A stretch of 27,102 nt of DNA from Planctomycetota bacterium. Its GTDB lineage: Bacteria > Planctomycetota > MHYJ01 > JACPRB01. The stretch is from positions 1 to 27,102 of the forward strand of contig JACPRC010000012.1 in NCBI GenBank assembly GCA_016190175.1, read 5' to 3'. Positions within the stretch are counted from its first letter, which is position 1; every line of letters starts with the position of its first letter. Below are positions 22,306-27,102 of the stretch, piece by piece. The notes beneath the pieces were generated by a model, which worked only from the letters and a program-made list of their open reading frames with translations, did no database searches and was not told where the DNA came from. The position numbers and the translations under genes were made by a program.

Positions 22306-24471
22306 ATGCCACAGGAGCGCGAGCTGCGGGAACGCGACATCCTCGTCGCGTCGAACGAGTACGCCTACGTCCAGGATCTCACGAAGGGCGACATCGTCCT
22401 CTACGTGGGGCCGACGAAGATCAGCCTCTCCAACACGGAACGGCTCGTCGAGTTCCGCAACGGCCGCTTCGTCCCCGTGCGCGGCGAAGAGGGCGGGCTC
22501 GGCGTCAACCCGTTCGTCGTCGCGTCGTCGGCGCAGTACATCATCCTCGAGAACCCGCCGAAGGACCCGAACGTCCGGACGGTGAAGGGCAACAACTCGG
22601 CGATCGAGCTCCTCATCGGCAAGAAGTTCGTCGTCTCCGGCCCCGCCACGTTCCCGCTCTGGCCCGGCCAGAAGGCGCAGGTGATCGACGGCCACGAGTT
22701 GCGCGAGGACCAGTACCTCGTGATCCGCGTGTACGACCGGGTCGAGGGAGAGAACGATCCCATCGGGACGCAGCGGATCGTGAAGGGCTCCGAGGTCAGC
22801 TTCTACATTCCGAAGACCGGGCTCGAGGTCGTGCCCGACGAGAAGGGCTACGTGCGCAGCGCGGTGACGCTCCTTGAGGGCGAGTACTGCATCCTCCTGG
22901 CGCCGAACGGCCAGACGCGGTTCGTGCGCGGGCCCGCGGTGGTCTTCCCGGGCCCGATGGAGGAGTTCGTCCGCAAAGGCGGGACGAAGATCTTCAAGGC
23001 CGTGCCGCAGCGGAAGAACATGGGACTCCGCGTGCGCGTGCTGAAGGACTTCACGGCCGCGGACTCGCAGCAGGTGCCCGCGGGGAAGTACACCGCGGGG
23101 CAGGAGATCTTCCTCAAGGACCGCGAGGGCTTCTTCTTCCCGAGCGAGTCGCTCGAGGTGACGGCGGAGGTGCAGGCGATCCCGATCGCGGAGAAGGAGG
23201 GGATCTACGTCCGCAACCTCGAGACGGGCAAGGTCGCGACCGAGATCGGGCCGAAGAACACCCTCGCCGATCCCACGAAGACGGAGATCGTCTCGCGCGC
23301 GCTCGACCCGGAGATCGAGAAGCTCTACGGCGTCACGGGTCGGGACAAGGGCAAGGCGGTCTCGATCTACATCCCGCCGAGCTACGCCGTGATGGTGACG
23401 GGGAAGAACAAGCGCGAGGTCGTGATCGGCCCCGCGACGCGCATCCTCGACTTCGACGAGGACCTGGAGATCCTCAAGCTCTCGACCGGGAAGCCGAAGA
23501 CGGACGAGACGCTCCTCTCGACCTGCTTCCTCCAGATCACGGGGAACAAGGTTTCCGACATCGTGCGCGTCAAGACCGCGGACCACGTGGAGCTGGAGGT
23601 GACGGCCTCCTACCGCGTGACGTTCGTCGCGCAGGACGCGCGCGAGCGCGAGAAGTGGTTCAACGTGAAGAACTACGTCGGGCTCCTGTGCGACCACCTC
23701 GGTTCGATCGTGCGCGCGGCGGTGCAGGCGACGCCGATCGAATCGTTCCACACGCGCAGCGCCGAGGTCGTGCGCGCGGCGATCCTCGGCGAGAAGAAGG
23801 GCGAGGAGAAGCGCGTCGGGCGCCACTTCGCCGAGAACGCGATGTCGGTCTACGACGTCGAGGTGCTCGACGTGAAGATCCTGGACCAGGACGTCAAGAA
23901 GCTCCTCTCGGACGCGCAGCGCAGCGCGATCGTCTCGGAGGTGCAGAAGAAGCAGGAGAACCTCCGCCTGAGCAACGAGTCGGTCAAGCAGGAAGTGGAC
24001 CGCAGGATCTACGAGGCGCAGATGACCACGATCGCGAAGGCGATCGATCTCGAAGGGGTCAAGCGGAACCTGTCGGAGGCGCGCGTCCGAGAGGCGGTCG
24101 AGCTGGACAAGCTGGAGAAGGTGGGGAAGGCGCAGAACCAGGCGCAGGCGCTCGACGTGTCGAGCACGGCGGCCGCCGCGGCCGCGGAGCGCGAGGCGCA
24201 AGTGGAGATCAAGAGCCTGAGCGCGAAGGTGGGGGCGTTCAAGGAGCAGATGTCGGCGCTGCAGCCGGAGCTCGTCACGACGCTCAAGGTGCTCGGCGAC
24301 CAGGAGATGAGCAAGGAGCTGACGCGGAACCTCTCGCCGCTGGCGATCCTGGGCGGGCAGAGCGTGGCGGAGGTGGCGGAGCGGCTCCTGAAGGCGCTTC
24401 CCGTCGGGATCGTGCTCAAGAACGGCGCGGCGGAGCCGGTGACGAAGGCGAGGAAGAAGACGGCGGAGTAA
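22306..24471 (+). CDS. Major vault protein (MVP) homolog, 721 aa: vault repeat domains, a shoulder-like region and a C-terminal coiled-coil cap-helix.
   Basis: Aligned against remembered human MVP. RIPPYHYIHVLD versus [21 protein letters not shown] versus [21 protein letters not shown] versus [34 protein letters not shown] versus [38 protein letters not shown] versus [18 protein letters not shown]. The last roughly 180 aa are predicted coiled coil. Confidence 0.8.
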   Translation: [721 protein letters not shown]

Positions 24472-24513
24472 ACAAGAGGGACGGTCCACAGGTCGACGCT
24501 GAAGGTCAAGCTG

Positions 24514-24927
24514 TTGACCGACCCCGCACTTGAAGTATGGCGGACCTCGATCGGCCAAAACAGGCTCGTCTATCTGCTCTTGGCCGACAAGAGGCTCAAA
24601 TACCTGCACGGGCGATCGCATGTCGCGTACATCGGCACGACCAAGAAAGGGGTCGCTCGCATAGCTGCCAGCGCGGCGTACAGGGCAGAGGAGATCCTCG
24701 GGATGCACGGCGTCAGGCGATGCACCGCGCGGGTTGTAACCGTCAAGCGTCGGCAGAACGTCAAAACCTGGGTGAAACTCGAAAGTGCCCTTCTGTTGGT
24801 TTTTCGCCGGGAGTACGGCCATGTGCCGATTTGCAATACTGCCGGCAAGAGAAGGCGGGAGACTGACGAGTTGAGGTTCTTTGATCGCGATCGTCTCGTC
24901 GGAATCTTGAAGGACCTCGTGGAATGA
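24514..24927 (+). CDS. Hypothetical protein (TTG start), possibly a GIY-YIG-like nuclease fold. Lower GC (about 57%).
   Basis: RLVYLLL ... AYIGTTKKGVARIA resembles GIY...YIGxT..R. A later Glu and Asn are present. The TTG start and atypical motif spacing keep confidence low. Confidence 0.3.
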   Translation: MTDPALEVWRTSIGQNRLVYLLLADKRLKYLHGRSHVAYIGTTKKGVARIAASAAYRAEEILGMHGVRRCTARVVTVKRRQNVKTWVKLESALLLVFRREYGHVPICNTAGKRRRETDELRFFDRDRLVGILKDLVE

Positions 24928-25013
24928 CCGGCTGACGAGAGCAGGAGACACGCCACCCCTCGGACCTTCGCAGTCGGATTGGGGAGTAGGGCATCCAAGC
25001 GCCGGAAGGGGCC

Positions 25014-25421
25014 TCAAGCGAACGGATTGAGGGTCTTCACGCGGGCCTTCTTGAAGTCGCGCACGTTCCGCGTGACTACGGTGAGGCCATGCGTCGCCGC
25101 AGTGGCGGCGATCAGACTGTCCTTGATCGGCATGGACCGGCCGGAAGCCCGAAGGTCCGCGAGGAGTTTCGCCCAGCAAAGACCCGTGCCCGCGTCCCAC
25201 GGGAGGCAGGCGAATCGGGCTACGCCGTCCTGGAACCAGCGTTCCAGCGCGCGACGGCGCCTGCCGGCGGGCAGCAGAAGGATGCCGAACCGGATCTCGC
25301 CCAGGATGATGGGGTCGACGACGATCTCGCGTTCGTTCCGCCGCAGCCACTCCACGACACGAGCATCGGGTGCGGGCTTGGTGGCCTCGCTGAGGACGTT
25401 CGCATCGACGAGGTACGTCAC
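25014..25421 (-). CDS. vapC: PIN-domain toxin VapC (GTG start overlapping the vapB stop: GTGA).
   Basis: TYLVDANVLSE (PIN N-terminal Asp). Conserved acidic residues further on (EIVVDPIILGE, DSLIAATA). About 135 aa. Position and 4-nt overlap with the antitoxin gene fit a vapBC pair. Confidence 0.7.
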   Translation of the reverse strand: MTYLVDANVLSEATKPAPDARVVEWLRRNEREIVVDPIILGEIRFGILLLPAGRRRRALERWFQDGVARFACLPWDAGTGLCWAKLLADLRASGRSMPIKDSLIAATAATHGLTVVTRNVRDFKKARVKTLNPFA

Positions 25422-25648
25422 AGCGAATCCGTCGATTCCGATTCGACGGGGACGAAGAAGTTCCTCTCGGGGCAGGCCAACAGCCAGTCCACCAGCCCTT
25501 GGTTCGGCCTGGGCTTGCGTCGGACCAGGCGGTATTCGCCTCGGGCGAGGCGTTCGATCGCGAACTCCTGACCGGGCACGATGCCGTCCCGCTTTCGGAG
25601 CCCGGCAGGAAGCACGATCTGGCCCTTCGTGGAAACCGTCGTCGTCAT
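25418..25648 (-). CDS. vapB: AbrB/SpoVT-type antitoxin VapB.
   Basis: MTTTVSTKGQIVLPAGLRKRDGI is a swapped-hairpin (SpoVT/AbrB) motif. 76 aa. Lies directly upstream of the PIN gene. Confidence 0.7.
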   Translation of the reverse strand: MTTTVSTKGQIVLPAGLRKRDGIVPGQEFAIERLARGEYRLVRRKPRPNQGLVDWLLACPERNFFVPVESESTDSL

Positions 25649-25653
25649 GGAAC

Positions 25654-25670
25654 GTAAGATAGCATCTTAC
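25654..25670. promoter_or_regulatory. Perfect palindrome GTAAGAT-AGC-ATCTTAC immediately upstream of vapB. Candidate autoregulatory operator.
   Basis: Direct reading. 7-bp arms with a 3-bp spacer, 5 nt from the vapB ATG. Confidence 0.4.
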
Positions 25671-25867
25671 CTCCTCGCGGTCAACGAGCGCGCGCCGGGC
25701 CGGCGATCGATCCCGCAGGCGCGTTCTCGCCCCGGCGGCCTCGCCCCACCGCGCCTGAACGAGATGTCCAGGGGACACTCCGTCGTCTCCGTCGCCGCCG
25801 GTGAGTCGGCGGTCGCGTTGCGGCGGATCGTCCGACGATCGCTGAAGGATCACGGGTCGAGGATTCA

Positions 25868-26290
25868 ATGCGTGGCCAAGCCACGCCATGGTATAGTGGC
25901 GGCAAGGGGATCATCGCCAAGAGAGTGTCCCTGTTCGGGAGCCGGGGGAAGAAGACCGTCTTCGCGCTCTTCGACAGCGGCGCCTCGAAGTCGCTCATCC
26001 GAAGAGATCTCGCGCGAGATCTGGGCCCGCTCGTCGAGCTTCCCGAGCCCGAGCGGTTCGAGATGGTGCGGGGGAGATTCATCGTCCGCGACGGGTGCGT
26101 AGCAAGCGTGGGGCTCGGGCGCGCCAAGCCGGCTCATCTCTTCCGCGCCGTCGAGAGACTGAGCGAAGATCTCATCGTAGGGGCCGACTTCCTCCAGCAG
26201 TGGGACGTGCGGCTGGAGCCGCGGCGCAAGAAGATCGTCCTGGATCCGCGTGCGTTGCGGCTCAAGGCCGTCGGTCACCGCCCGCAGTAA
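25868..26290 (+). CDS. Retropepsin-like (clan AA) aspartic protease domain protein.
   Basis: ALFDSGAS (D-S/T-G-A active site). GADFL near the C-terminus. At about 140 aa it has the size of bacterial retropepsin-like proteins. Confidence 0.55.
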   Translation: MRGQATPWYSGGKGIIAKRVSLFGSRGKKTVFALFDSGASKSLIRRDLARDLGPLVELPEPERFEMVRGRFIVRDGCVASVGLGRAKPAHLFRAVERLSEDLIVGADFLQQWDVRLEPRRKKIVLDPRALRLKAVGHRPQ

Positions 26291-26482
26291 TCCCCCTCCT
26301 TCGCCGGCTCCGCACGGCCTTGGAGTGCAACGGAGAATCCGGCCCATCGGATCGCGTCCGAGGCTGCCGCGGCAAGAACTCTGTTCCCGCGGGGTAACGT
26401 CGCCCTCACGGATCGCGTTCCGTTCCACCACGCAACCGTCTGGAGTTTCGACCATTGCATTTCCTTGGTTCCCGCGCATGGG

Positions 26483-26497
26483 TGGCACGCCGGTTGC
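26483..26497 (+). promoter_or_regulatory. Sigma-54 (-24/-12) promoter: TGGCACG-N4-TTGC.
   Basis: Exact match to the consensus GG-N10-GC core (TGGCACGccggTTGCgtt). About 36 nt upstream of the ATG at 26533. AAGGA lies 10 nt before that ATG. Confidence 0.5.
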
Positions 26498-26532
26498 GTT
26501 AGGCAGCGGAGTCATGTAAGGAACATCGACCC

Positions 26533-27102
26533 ATGGCTCCGACCAGCCTCCGCGGCTACGTGGTGCAGGAAGAAGTGAAGGAAGGGTCGATCGGGACCGT
26601 CTATCGCGTCACCGACTCCCGGAACCGCACGCTCGCCCTCAAGCAGATATCGGCCGGGAACGCCGTTCAGCCGCGAAAGCGCAGGGAGTTCCGCAAGGAG
26701 TACGAGATCCAGAAGCGCCTCGACCATCCTGCGATCGTCAAGGTGTTCGACTACGTGGAGATGGCCCCGCAGGATTTCTTCACGATGGAGTACTTCGAGA
26801 GCGAGAGCCTCAAGGTCACGATGTTCCACCTCCCGGAGCGCATCCGCAAGCGCGAGTTCCGGCTCCTGCGCCGGCTCGCGGAGGCGCTCGAACACGTCCA
26901 CTCGAAGGGGATCATCCACAAGGACATCAAGCCCGAGAACGTCCTCGTCGACGCCAAGGGCGACATCCGTCTGATCGACTTCTCCCTCGGCCAGACGAGG
27001 TGGGACCGGTGGCTCCAGTTCGGAAAACGCGTCGAGGGGACGCCGCTCTACATGGCGCCCGAGCAGATCCGCGGCGGGCGCTGCGACGAGCGCACCGACA
27101 TC
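26533..27102 (+). CDS. Ser/Thr protein kinase, 3'-truncated by the window end.
   Basis: GSIGTVYRV, ALKQI, HKDIKPENVLV, DFSLG, GTPLYMAPE. The reading frame is open to the last base. Confidence 0.8.
   Translation, partial: MAPTSLRGYVVQEEVKEGSIGTVYRVTDSRNRTLALKQISAGNAVQPRKRREFRKEYEIQKRLDHPAIVKVFDYVEMAPQDFFTMEYFESESLKVTMFHLPERIRKREFRLLRRLAEALEHVHSKGIIHKDIKPENVLVDAKGDIRLIDFSLGQTRWDRWLQFGKRVEGTPLYMAPEQIRGGRCDERTDI

Noticed and set aside
24504-24519. GGTCAA-GCTG-TTGACC palindrome after the MVP stop as an intrinsic terminator.
   Set aside because: Only a 6-bp stem and no U-tract. It also overlaps the putative TTG start of the next ORF.
21376-25350. Upstream 1325 aa of the giant minus-strand ORF 20626..25350.
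   Set aside because: Only the last 249 aa (the ECF sigma, from ATG 21375) are credible. The rest is antisense to the MVP gene or in a different frame from sigma-1, and is Arg/Leu-rich.

Overview
This 27.1-kb window is very GC-rich (about 70%) chromosomal DNA. Its gene content (many eukaryote-like Ser/Thr kinases, ECF sigma factors coupled to kinases, a delta-60-repeat lipoprotein) points to a Myxococcota-like organism. The large ORFs lying antisense to the real genes in the six-frame track are GC-driven artefacts (Arg/Pro/Gly-rich).

Real genes, in order:
- Minus-strand lipoprotein with a phosphodiester-glycosidase (NAGPA-like) domain, followed by a HEAT-repeat protein.
- Divergent from these, a leaderless two-gene operon: a divergent tubulin/FtsZ-superfamily GTPase whose stop overlaps the start (ATGA) of a geranylgeranyl-reductase-family flavoprotein.
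- A small convergent lipoprotein.
- A 1928-aa membrane Ser/Thr kinase with about 1600 residues of HEAT/TPR repeats.
- An IS200-like REP-associated tyrosine transposase (RAYT) flanked by inverted REP hairpins, plus a solo REP copy 6 kb away.
- gluQ.
- A lipoprotein with six delta-60 repeats.
- An M28 peptidase with a long N-terminal extension.
- A secreted alpha/beta hydrolase.
- A translationally coupled ECF-sigma / ECF-sigma / Ser-Thr-kinase operon.
- Divergent from that operon, a bacterial major vault protein (MVP) homolog.
- A lower-GC accessory islet: possible GIY-YIG-like ORF, vapBC with a palindromic operator, and a retropepsin-like aspartic protease.
- A sigma-54-type promoter driving a 3'-truncated Ser/Thr kinase.

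Most unusual items:
1. The tubulin-like GTPase plus flavoprotein operon.
2. The MVP homolog.
3. A perfectly phased array of 11 octamer repeats (TCGGGCAT) at exact 21-bp spacing in an AT-enriched segment between the kinase and hydrolase genes.

All coordinates derived by hand-indexing, rather than taken from the ORF track, may be off by 1 nt.
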